Below are positions 53,429 to 64,000 of a stretch of 64,000 nt of DNA, one piece after another; the first letter of the stretch is position 1, and each line of letters opens with the position of its first letter. The notes beneath the pieces are model-generated. The model had not been told where the DNA came from. It saw only the letters and a list, made by a program, of their open reading frames with translations, and made no database searches. The translations under genes were made by a program, and so were the position numbers. The DNA comes from Lama guanicoe (lineage: Eukaryota), in NCBI GenBank assembly GCA_013239625.1, contig MU053758.1, positions 2,356,001-2,420,000 on the forward strand. The letters run 5' to 3'.

Positions 53429-53589
53429 TATGGTTGGTTTTTCCTTAATTTTGTCCCTTGAACACCTACCTGACCCCTCCTCTGGAAATCTCCCAAGTAT
53501 CCCCACCCCAAGATTTGCTACTTGTGGGGGACTAGCAGATCCAGCCTCTGCTCTTTCCAGCAGGGGGATGAGAAGATAATATTGTCACT

Positions 53590-53770
53590 AACTGTAAGCA
53601 CCTACTGTGTGCCTCAGCTTGTTTAATTTTTACAATTCTGTAATTATTATCCCTATTTTATAAATGGAGACATTGAGGAAGGACAGAGAAGTTAAGGTAC
53701 TTGCCCAAGGTCACAAAGCTTGTAGTGGAGACAGCAGGATTTGAACTCCTCACCTGATGTGCTTCACCAC
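53590..53770 (-). mobile_element. MIR SINE remnant
   Basis: aagcacctactgtgtgcc...acagagaagttaaggtacttgcccaaggtcaca...ggatttgaactc. Confidence 0.7.
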
Positions 53771-54898
53771 CCTGCTCCCCCTTTCCTGCTGAGCTCTTTG
53801 TGTCTACAGGGGCATGGCCAAGTGAACCCTGTCGCCCAGCAGCCCAGCAGATTCAGGGAACACAGTAACAGCAGGCATTTCACCCTGGGTGCCTTTGGAA
53901 CTTGCAGATGCAGAGAAAACATTCCTCATGTCTGCCATTCACAAGACCCCCCACCCCATGTGGATTTTCATGGTGCCTTTTATAGGCTAGTGGAAGTTGG
54001 GCAAAGTGAATGTTCTGGAGGCCCAAATCCCTCCTCTCATTATCCTGGGGATGAGTGTGTGTGGGCATCTCCCCAGAGCTGGGATGCTATCCCAGCATTC
54101 CTTGCCCCTTCTCAGCCCCCGCCTTGAGAGAACAGCAGGGTCAGCGAGTGTGTTAGCATCTGTCAGGGGGACCACCCTGATACAGGAATTGAGATTCCAA
54201 TGCTCTCAGGGATGAGTCCAGGGTCTCCTTAACTCCCAGTTGCTCAGGGGAGCTTCTCTAGGGAATCTGGACACCTTATCTCCCTGGAACTAAGAAAGCC
54301 TTTGTCACTTGCCTTCTGAGCCTGGGAGTCCTGGGTTGGGGGTTGTAGGACATTAAGAGGGATGGGCTTTGGGCTGCAGCCCCCTAGGAGTGAAAAACTA
54401 CCCTCACCTCTCCATTCCACTGAAGCCCAGGGAAGCTGGGTTTCATCAGGGTTTCCCCAACACATGCCCAGTTCCTGGGAGAATGGGGGCAAGTTGGAAA
54501 GTTGGGGAAAGGAGGCAGGAGGGGCAGGCTGGCGGCACTGAGCTTCTCCATGCAGCCCTCGGGGCCGGGTGCCTGGGCAGGAGGGGGGGGTGCAGAGCAG
54601 CTGCTGGCGATTTATTAAGCAGTCACGGAAAAATTGGTTTATAAATTAACAGCTGTTTTAACTTTAGGGCCTCTTCTTCAGGGAATGGAAGCAGCCGACT
54701 GGACCGGGATTGGAGTGTGTGTGAGGCTGGTGGAGGGGGTGGGAGTCGGCAGGCTCCGGCAGCTGGCGTTCTTCGGGGGCAGCCTCAGCTGGCACCTCGG
54801 GGGGCACCAGGCAGTGGCCAGAGCAGGGGGTCTCCAGGTGCCCGGGGCTGAGGCTGCCCCCGCTGTGGGCTGTCAGCTTGCTCACTCTTCTCAACATC

Positions 54899-54959
54899 CC
54901 ACCTGGGGGCGCCAGAGGGCACATATAGTGCTGTACTCATGTCTGCCACCAGAGGGCAG
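54899..54959 (+). promoter_or_regulatory. Cluster of three forward CTCF motifs
   Basis: CCACCTGGGGGCGC (54899-54912), GCGCCAGAGGGCAC (54909-54922) and CCACCAGAGGGCAG (54946-54959). Confidence 0.7.
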
Positions 54960-55113
54960 CCTCAGCACATTGATTTCTGCTTTCCACCTAGATGAGTCCA
55001 AAAGGGCTGCGGGAGAGAGAAACCAGGTCCAATGCTGAGCAAGAGAGAAAACTGGACCAGTGCATGCGAGTGATCTTCTACTCCCCCACCTTGATTGGAT
55101 TAAAGGTAGAAGT

Positions 55114-55193
55114 GGGGTTGGGTATAGCTCAGTGGTAGAGCACATGCTTAGCATCCTAAGTTCAAGCTCCATATTAAAGGCTTTAAAAATAAA
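55114..55193 (+). mobile_element. tRNA-derived SINE resembling vic-1, third copy, internally deleted
   Basis: GGGTATAGCTCAGTGGTAGAGCACATGCTTAGCAT...GTTCAA followed by AAAAATAAA. Degenerate target-site duplication TAAAGGTAGAAGT / TAAAGGCAGCAGT. A plus-strand MIR follows (about 55205-55385). Confidence 0.75.
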
Positions 55194-55569
55194 TAAAGGC
55201 AGCAGTAAGGGTGAGAGCTCTGGAGTCAGACGGTCTGCCTTTGGACACAGGCTCTGGGCAAAATTTCCGAGCCTCATTTGTCCCATCTGTAAAATGGAAT
55301 GATACCAATAAGGATTAAATGAGATAATACATATAAAATGCCTAACCTAGTGCCCAGCACAGAGCAAATGCTCCATATATGTCACACGTTGTCAGTTTCT
55401 TGATTTCTTTGTTTATCTAGTCATTCATTCTTCAATCCATCCCCTCTGCAGCATGTAGTGCCTACTGTATTCTGGGCACTATGGCAGGCAAGTGATGATG
55501 CAAAGACAGATGGTGGGTAAAATATGTCTCAAAATAGTGTGCTAAGAGTTATGACACACCCAGTGAGGG

Positions 55570-55756
55570 AGGCGGGGAGACTGACTTGGATGGGGCAAAA
55601 GAGAACATTTGAGGGTGATGAAATGTTCTATACCTGTATTGATAGTGGTCACAAGTTGTATAACATTTTCGAAAACTCATAGTAATGTATATTTTAAATG
55701 GGTACATTTTATTGTATATAAACTCTAACTCAATAAAGCTGATTTAAAAAAAAAAG
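55570..55756 (+). mobile_element. Old L1 (L1M-type) 3' end with poly-A
   Basis: gagggtgatgaaatgttcta...aaaactcat...ttttattgtatataaact...ctcaataaagctgatttaaaaaaaaaa. Confidence 0.75.
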
Positions 55757-58700
55757 CACCCAATGTGAATTTATTGAATGGGCGAAGGGACGAGTGACGT
55801 ATGAATGAATGAAAGAATGAATGTCTCAGATGATTGCCCACCTGCTTTGGTGTCACCATTGTCCCTGCTAAGGGTGCCCTTGCCGTCTCCTCTCGATGTC
55901 CACGGGTTTTATGAGAGGCGGGCCTTGGAGTTCCCAACTGTACCCCCTTCTCGCCACCCCCCTTCTCTCTGCCATCAGCAAAAGCAGGGAAAGATGCCCC
56001 AGTGTTCCCAGCTAGCGCTCCCTGGTTTCTCTAAGGTTGCTTCGCGGGGCTTCCGGCGGCCTCCCTTCCAGATGCCACATGCCAACCCAGCCAGCTCGAC
56101 TCAGCTCCGCGGTGCCAAGGTCAGGGATGTGATGCCCAGCTACAGACCCGCAGTGCCAGCAGCCGAGGAGCCCAAACCCTGGCCGACTCCGCCACCTGCG
56201 GGCCATTTTCGGAACTGCACCCTTAGTGCTCTACAGAAGCTGGAACCTTTGCTGAATACTGACCAGCAAGCAGCCCTGTACAGGGCTGGGGAATTTTTTA
56301 CTTTTATCTTTTTGAATCGTCACAGGTACCACGTGAAGTGGGCTTTGAAACACAAGAAGTGAGGCATGGACAGGCTAAGAAATTTGTCTAAGGTCACACA
56401 GTAAGTTTCACATGTTGTATTTCTACCCAGGTCTGTCCAATGCCTTGGTCTATGTTCTGTCCACCAGACTGTATCTTGCTTGGGGGAAGGGAGAGAATAT
56501 TTGGGATTGTCCACTCTCCCTACCTCCCGGAAAGTCTTCACACTTCCAGACAAGGTGAATATAGTGCCTCCTGTATGCTGGGCACCATGGCAGGCCGCAG
56601 GCAATTATGTGAGGAGAAATTGTCTGCTCAAAACAGTGTGCTCAGTCAGACCTAGTATACATTAATTGATGCCCTACAATAAACTTTTTTTGTCAGTCCA
56701 AGCAGAAAGACCCATAGTTCAATTGGAGTTAAGTCAAACGAGGTCTTGAATTTGTTCCTTGGACCCAACTGCCTGTGCTTCTGACTCAAGAATAATAACT
56801 GAGGAGTGGCATATTATTTTTACATCTCATTTGCATATGATTAATTCCAAGTCAAAGAGAATGGAGGTCACCTTGGCCCCTTGCTTTTCAGCCCCTCTGG
56901 GATGCGTCTGACCCTGGCGGCCTCCCCCAGCCCCTGCGGGGCTCCTCCATCCTCACCAGCCCCTCTCCACTCCTTGCCCTCGCCCACACCTCCCCTAGCT
57001 CCCAGAAGACCTATTCCCTTCCTCCTCTGTCACCCACGCAGCCCCCGCCACCTGGCCGCCCACCTGAAAAACTTTTCTCCAAGTTCTTGAGAAGTCGCGT
57101 AGGATCCAGGAGAGAAAAATCAAAGTAATAAAACCTCATTTAATTCCTAACGGAGGGCAGAGCTGTGAGCTGCAATTATCTTAATGCTGAGCTATTTTTA
57201 CTCTCTCTCCATCTCTGTCTCCTGCCTCTCTCCTTCATGAGGCTTTTTCTCTCTCTCCCTTTGTCTCTCCATCTCTCACATGTGTTTTCTCTTTCTTTTC
57301 GATTTTTCCTACCTCCCCCTCCTTTCTCTCTCTCACCTCCTGTCTCTGTCATCCTTTCTTCCCTTCCTCCTTCTTCCTGTCTGTCCCTTGTGTCTGTACC
57401 TGTCAGCCAGATTTCCACGTCCTTCTTGGCCACAGGGTTTAGCAGCCAGAGCTGTTGGTAACTGGACAAAGGCTGGGGAAAGAGGGCAAAGACCCTTCCA
57501 ATCCCCTCAAAGACCCCATCTTCTACACCTACCCAAGAGGGGAGAGTCTCCCTTCTCAACAGCCCCAGCCTAGGTCAAGGGAACTTTTGCAGATCCAGGG
57601 CCTCCCAGAACTCCAATTCTTTTGGCAGAACCTCCATAAACAAGCCGTCCTTGGTCAAATGAGCCTCAGCCACTATGGTCCCCAAGGCTTTCTCAACTCG
57701 GATGGACTCTGAGTTTCCTCTGGTAATGATGCCTTCCTGTCTGTGTCCTCTCAGCACTGATCCAGCTGTCCTCCGTCCCCTTCATCCCACCCAGGATCTT
57801 CCTACCCCCCAGCACTGGAGGCCACAGGCCCCTCAGCTTCACCTCGGTCCAGTGGCTACTCAGGTTACTCCTTGGGCCATGCCTTTCCTGTGCCCCTTCT
57901 GATTCTCTGAACCTCCTCATTCACCTTCCCAAAGCACCAAGCACCGCCACACTGATCCTTACCACCCGCTAAGGCAACCCATCTGAAGGAGGGGCCTGGG
58001 CCAAGCCAGGGGCCGCCAGAGAAGCCCACACCCCTAGGTCAGCAACCTGGCATCTGGCTGTTTCCCGACAAGCATAAAAGTCAACAAACACAGCAGGACT
58101 TGAGCCAGGCCTGGGGGTGGGGGGTGGTGCTGAGCGGCCAGGGCTGCCAATGCCCATGGGCAGAGCTCTGCCCTCCTGCCACCCTCTCCCCCTCCCCCAG
58201 AGTGGGTGCTGACTCTGGGGCACTGCATGTGACCCTGACCCCATTTTCACAAGACTCCTTTGGCCTCTTGCTCCCTTCTCCCTCTGCCAAGGACCCAGCA
58301 CAGTGGGACTGGGAGTGGAAAAGTTGCTGGGTGGGGGAGGGGGACTCCTGACTGTTCCAGGCCTGAGCGTGACCAGGAGAGAGGAGAGCCAACACAAACA
58401 GAGCCCCAGGAAAACACACACATATGTACACGTCTACACACACACCCTCTCAGCACTACAGAGAGCCATTTAGACCCTCAACCCCTGGCCCGCAGAGGGA
58501 AACACTGGCTCCTGCAAAGATACCCAGGGCCTGGACAGATAAACAGGGACATGCCAACCCTTGAGGCCATCACCTTCCCTTTCTCCCCTCCAGAGACACA
58601 CACAAACACCTCCGCAGAGAGAGAGACTCACACCTCAGAAAGGAGCACACACACCTCTCCCCCCAGCTCTGTTCCTGCACCCAACTCACACACGTGATGG

Positions 58701-59339
58701 CACGTGTACCGGAACAGGCTGCCTCCCCACACCCCTGACTCTGTCCCCCTGGGCTGGCTCTGTCTCTCTCCCTCATGTTAGATCTGTGGAGAAAAGGCAG
58801 GAAACATGTGAATCCAGGGTATATCATGGCAGGGACACATTCCCTGCCCCCACAGGAATGCTCCCAGGATCACAACCTCATCCATCTCTACTGTACAGGC
58901 TAGAGCTGTAGATACAGTACTTCTCCCCCCTCCCCCACCCCGCAAGCTGGCACACGCCTGCCCATCACCTTGACAGCCTCTGACATCCTCCCCCACCCCA
59001 CCCCCTCCTCCGCGCACACAGAGTCTTCCCACACCCTGCCACTCACACCCGCATCCTTGACACTCTGACACACTTACTCACGTAGACTCACACACTCTCT
59101 CACTACACCGACCCCCACCCCAACACGCACTCCCTAGCTATAGGGCTATAGGCACCGGCACTCACACACACTCTGCCATGATGACTGACACGTGTCCTCC
59201 CACGCACAACCGGCTCTTTCACACTCACTCGCTTTCTAGGACACCCCCATTCACAGCGTGACACGCTGGTGGTATTCTCTCCACGACCTCACAGGCCTCC
59301 CTGTGAAACTCCAAGTATCCAGGCCAGGAAAGGGTTAAA

Positions 59340-60520
59340 GTCAGAGTCCCCGCTGCGCCTCTCCCCTCGGCTTCCCCCCATTATCCTCCCTGCTGGACTC
59401 CATCAATAATGCAGCTTCAAGTTCTGGGGAGACGGCAGGGGGCCCCCAGCCCGCTCCCTCGGTCCTGGCTTACACTCCCCACCCTCCTCCCAGACCGGGA
59501 GAACACGCTTCTCGGTGCTCATTGGCCACTTTTTCCTGACCCCTCCCACCAAGCAGCCGGGCGCCAGTCCCAGGCCGAGGGGACGGGCTGGGGACCCCAA
59601 GGCTGGGGCCGGAGGGTGACACCCGGAGAGAAGGAACGAGGCAGAGACAGAAAGAGACACACGGAGAGGGAGCGAGGGAGCTAGAGAAAGGGCGGAGAGA
59701 CCGAGACCCAGAGACACAGAGAGAGCGAGGGAAGGAAGGGAGAGAGAGAGAGCCAGCCCCGCGAGCCAGGGAGCCCGGGGTGCAGGCGCGAGGGGACCGA
59801 GGCTCCGGCGAGCCCCAGAGCCGGGACGCTCGGAGCCCCGCGGGCAGGCCAGCCGGCGGCCGCCCCCCGTCCCCGCCCGCCCCTCGCCGGCGCCGTATTT
59901 TTATCTGTGCGTGAACAGCCCTCCTCCTCCTCCTCCTCCCAGCCTCACTCAGCCCGCTGTCGCCGCGGCGCCCCGAGCAGCGCGGGGAGCCGAGCCGGGA
60001 CCGCAGCCCCGGACCCCGCGGCGCGCGCCCCACCCCACTGACCACCCGCCAGCCATGGACCCCAAGGACCGCAAGAAGATCCAGTTCTCGGTGCCTGCGA
60101 CCCCCGGCCAGCTCGACCCCCGCCAGGTGGAGATGGTAAGGGGGCCGCGCTCCACCTCCGGCCGCGCCCCACCCACCCAACACCCAAGCTCCTCTGTGCT
60201 CTGGGGTCGAAACTATCCCTGGGGACAGGGGCAAAGGAGTCCCCGGGCCCGCCTCGGAAGTGGCCGGGGCGCGCGAGGCAGCGCGTGAAGTTGGCTGGAG
60301 ACTCGTGCAACTTTTTCCCGGGGCCTTCGTCCTGATCCTGGGGAGGGAGGACTGTCCTCTGGACCCTGCACAGTGCCCTTCTTTCCTAAGCCACCACGTG
60401 GACCACTGGTGCCGCTCAGATGTGAGAAACGTGGTCCACTGACCCATTACACCGAGCACGCCTCCGCCTGGCAGCCCCACGCTCTAGCCCTCTCCCTAGT
60501 CCCGCCCTGCGTGCCAGACC
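59340..60520 (+). promoter_or_regulatory. PPP1R1B: PPP1R1B CpG-island promoter and 5'UTR
   Basis: CpG-dense, with GC boxes at about 59860-59885, an isolated AT element TATTTTTAT at 59896-59904 and a (CCT)n run at about 59920-59938. Confidence 0.75.
60055..60135 (+). CDS. PPP1R1B: DARPP-32 coding exon 1 (aa 1-27), containing the PP1-docking KKIQF motif
   Basis: GCC-ATG-G Kozak context; translates [27 protein letters not shown]; donor GTAAG at 60136. Confidence 0.97.
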
Positions 60521-61719
60521 TGGGGTCGCCAGAACCTTGTTCTGACCTCTAGGACCTCCTGTCAGGCGCTGGACAGAGCCACAACACGGGGTTGGAGGGT
60601 GACCAGTCATCACAGGAGCTAGAACTCCTCACACAGACAACTAAGTTCTCCGGACCGCTTTCCTGTGAGCTGGAGGCTTCCAAAGGCTGGGGGTGGGGGG
60701 GTTAGAGGGCTGTGATGGAGGGAAAGAAGAGAGTTCTGTACCCCATTCACCTGTTGCTGAGATGTGCTGGCACCGAACAGGACAGTGAGAGTGGGGCCAG
60801 GTCATTTTGGGGGATAGGGTGTCATGGGGGGCGCACTAGTTCCCAGGCCCTAGCAGCTTTTGGTCTGGAGGGCAGCATTGGGAGCTTGGCGGAGGGAGGT
60901 GGTAGTTTCAGTTTAATTCACCTGGTTCTTTTTGTGCATTTCCCTGGAGCTCGGAGGGGACCTAATTAACTGACAGTTGGTCTGATTGCCAAGCTGGGGG
61001 GAAGGAGGCTGGTTACTGGGAGTGCTCACTGCCCCCACCCCCATTTCAGCTTGGCTCAGGTACCAAGGAGGGCAAATTTTTGTTTTTTATGAAGACTGGG
61101 CGAAGAGTTCCATAGCTTGAGAGAGGGGCCCAGACCCAGGCCCTCAGAGACCACCCTCAGGCCCCTGTGGGTCTGGGGCTCAGGCCCATACTTGAGCCTC
61201 ATTGTGAGATTGGAGGTGCCTGTGGTGCCATGCTCAGCCTCTCTCTGCAGCTGGATCCAGTTTCTTTAGAGTCCTTGAGCTGACCTTAGGTGGGCAGGGC
61301 CACAAGGGAGCCATGGCCCACAGGGCATCTTCTACAGCCAGCTTTAAGTCCTGAGGTCTGATGTCTTCAAAGGCCTTGATAGGGGAAGATAGGAAGGAAG
61401 GTACATGTTCTGGAGTAGCCATGGAGTGGAATAGGCTTCGACTGGGAGCTAGTGATGGGTTTTTCTTGTCCTTTCTCTGTCTTGGTATGCTGTGTGGCTT
61501 TGAGGTCTTTGCTGAACCTCTCTGAGCCTTGGGTTTTCACCGTGGTAAAATGGGAGGGGGGTTGGATGAGCTATGGAGTTCCCTTCAGCTCTGACAGTCT
61601 TTGATCCAAAAGTTCCCTGGGGACTCCAAAGCACTGTTTGTTCCCTGCTGGGGGTGGGCTGCAGGTGCTCATCCTGACACCCGCCCCCCCATCTCCCATC
61701 TCTTTCTCCATCTCCTTAG

Positions 61720-61780
61720 ATCCGGCGCAGAAGACCAACCCCTGCCATGCTGTTCCGGCTCTCAGAGCACTCGTCGCCAG
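61720..61780 (+). CDS. PPP1R1B: DARPP-32 coding exon 2 (aa 28-47), with the PKA site Thr34 and Met37
   Basis: Pyrimidine tract plus TAG acceptor; translates IRRRRPTPAMLFRLSEHSSP; donor GTGGG. Thr34 codon is at 61738-61740. Confidence 0.97.
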
Positions 61781-62067
61781 GTGGGCCCCTTCCCTGCCCC
61801 TCAGTCCTGGCCCCACCCTAACTCTGATGCCTTCTTGGGGCCCCTGTCAAAGTCTCAGAGTAGGAGACCAAGCAGAAGATGGAGGTGGTGGTTGGGGAAA
61901 GGTCCAGGAACCCAGCTCTCCTGGGTTCATTTATTGACCAGGCACCTCCCAACACGAGGAAGAAAAGGGCATAGCGGCTGAACCTTTAGGGAAAGTAATT
62001 TGGATTCTCTTCCTTCTCTCCCTCTTATCTCTTCTTCCCGGCTTGGTGCATTGGTGGCCTCCCTCAG

Positions 62068-62090
62068 AAGAGGAGGCCTCCCCCCACCAG
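62068..62090 (+). CDS. PPP1R1B: DARPP-32 coding exon 3 (23-nt microexon, EEEASPHQ)
   Basis: CAG acceptor and GTGAGT donor; phase is compatible with exons 2 and 4. Confidence 0.93.
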
Positions 62091-62519
62091 GTGAGTTTCC
62101 AGGGGCAGCTGGAAGGAGGCACGCCAGGGCCCTTTGTGGTGGGGGTGGATGGGATCACTTCCCAATTAACACAGGGTGCCACCCAGGAGGACATTAACGT
62201 ATCAACCGGCACCTGGATGAGAGTGCCTGGTGCCAGGGTGCCTCCAGCAGATCCTCCTCTGCCCTTGTCTTTCCTCTGCTCAGACTCAGGCTGGGCTTCC
62301 AGAACCCAAAGTCCTGCCCTGAGCCAGGCCACAACTACAGAGACCCTCCCAAAGCCACCAGGTAGCCTCAGCATGTGCAGCACCTGAGGGGCAGCAGTGC
62401 ATGGACCCAACAGCAGAGGCTAGACCAGTGGGCCCAGGTTGCCATGGCGGGATGGAACAGAGGGAGGGTAAAGGGAAGAGGCCTCTGGGCGCCCATTTAA
62501 CCCGGCACTTCCCCGGCAG

Positions 62520-62595
62520 AGAGCCTCAGGAGAAGGGCACCACCTCAAGTCGAAGAGATCCAACCCCTGTGCCTACACACCCCCTTCACTGAAAG
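62520..62595 (+). CDS. PPP1R1B: DARPP-32 coding exon 4 (aa 56-80), with the CDK5 site Thr75; gene continues beyond the window
   Basis: Translates [25 protein letters not shown]. Thr75 codon at 62577-62579; donor GT at 62596. Confidence 0.95.
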
Positions 62596-64000
62596 GTACT
62601 CTCCCCCCACCCACCAATCTGGCTGTTCCCTTGACTCCTGGAACTGGGCTGACATTGGGGGTGGGGGTGAAATGCCAAGCTTTTGTCAGTGGAGAGCGAT
62701 TGTCTTGTGTATCCACCCCAATCCCTGCTTAGAGACAAGTTCTTTCTTTTTTCTTGTAAAAATGATCCAAGAGGCTGAAAAGGGTGGCGCATGGGTCTTA
62801 AAATCCGGTTGAGGGGTTGAAAGAAAAGAGGTAGCTGGCCCCACATAACAAGCAGGTATCAACTTAAAGAGATTCAGCTCTGAGCCTCCTTTGCAAGCGT
62901 GCGCCAGGCCACCTCCCGCTCCCCGTCCCCAAAGGGCACCTCCTTTGGGCAGCACCCCTTGCTCTCCTCTCCCATCCCTAGACATTTGCACAGGTCTGCA
63001 CACTGATGCTGCTGTTCCTGCTTTTCTTCTCTATACTAAAAGGCAAGTCATTTCTATAGCACTCATTTATCGAACACCTAGTGTATACCAGGCACCCCCT
63101 GGTGAGCACTGGACAAAATAAGAGTAAGATTTGGCCACTGCCCTCTCGGGGCCCTTCACCTCAAAGGGTTAGGGAGAGTTACAGAGGCAAGGACGTTTAA
63201 GCTTGGATTTGAAGGATGAATAGGAATTCACACCAGGCACGGAGGGTAATTCCCGGAAGAAGGAGGAAGATGTGCAAAGAGGAGCAGATGTGAAATCACC
63301 AGGGGTCTTCGGGGCCAGCCGGGAGACTGGGCTTCCAGCCGTGGAGCTGAAGGAGACACACCTGGAGGAGAAGGTGGGGCCGGTGGGGGTGTGGGGAGAG
63401 TCTCTTCCTAACTAAGCCTTAGGATGCTTTCCCATCCCCACCTCACCTCCCGGCCCGGCCCCGGCCCCGAGGCTCTTCCTGACTGGCCAGCCCTCTCCTC
63501 CCACGGAGGGAGGGAGGGAGTCCAGAAGGGTGTGCTGAGAGCTCCCTCAGGCGTGGGTTTAATGAGTTCCCAGCAACTGGCCAAGGTCTACAGGTGTACC
63601 TGCCAGCCTGCCCGCCATGGTTGGGATCAGAGAGGCCGGGAGGAGAGAAGGGCAGGGGCCCTTTCTCTTCCCCTAGGACGGGAAGATGTAGGGACAGCAA
63701 GCAGGCAATGGGTTCAGCATTTGGAAGGACTTCCTACCTGTAGGGATGTGGAGAAGGCCAGCCCCCGAAACAGGCATGAGGGAGGTGGCATCTTCTCAGG
63801 AGAGAATATAAGAAATCTCTCTCCTCTACCCAGGGCTGGGTAGGGGGCAAATGGCTGTGACAGGGAAGGAGCCCCCCTCCTTGGCCTCTTGATTGTGCGT
63901 AAGGCCCAGAGGGCTGGGGTGAAGAAGACCGGGCCAGGGTGCTTCCCAGGTGTCCTGCAATGGCCAGGACTGTGCCCCACCCCCACTGCCCCTTTGGGCT

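Noticed and set aside
59470..60480. 336-aa antisense ORF over PPP1R1B exon 1
   Set aside because: CpG-island shadow frame with a non-ATG start and no domain.

Overview
This is mammalian genomic DNA from the NEUROD2-PPP1R1B region. In other mammals this region lies between CDK12 and STARD3/ERBB2, but neither of those genes is visible here. Three copies of a tRNA-derived SINE that looks like the camelid vic-1 family suggest a camelid genome. The window contains all of NEUROD2 on the minus strand: non-coding exon 1, a 1.1-kb intron, a single 382-aa coding exon and a 3'UTR of about 1.7 kb. It also contains coding exons 1-4 of PPP1R1B (DARPP-32) on the plus strand; the rest of that gene lies beyond the window. 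The remaining sequence is non-coding: several CpG islands, AT-rich motif-dense blocks that look like conserved enhancers, a near-perfect REST site, CTCF/RFX/YY1 motifs, old repeats (MIR, L2, L1, MaLR, hAT), microsatellites and a 13-N gap. Nearly all other ORFs in the track look like chance or GC-shadow frames. I found no evidence for a wholly new gene system. The most interesting leads are: (1) an upstream AUG in NEUROD2 exon 1 that, after splicing, is in frame with the main CDS and would add 44 aa; (2) a 15-mer extended POU motif found three times across the locus, plus two double-octamer/TAATTA modules; (3) a compact miR-153/miR-137/proximal-polyA module in the NEUROD2 3'UTR; (4) an orphan CpG island with a (CCG)12 repeat. 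All motif calls were made by eye and none has been checked against databases.
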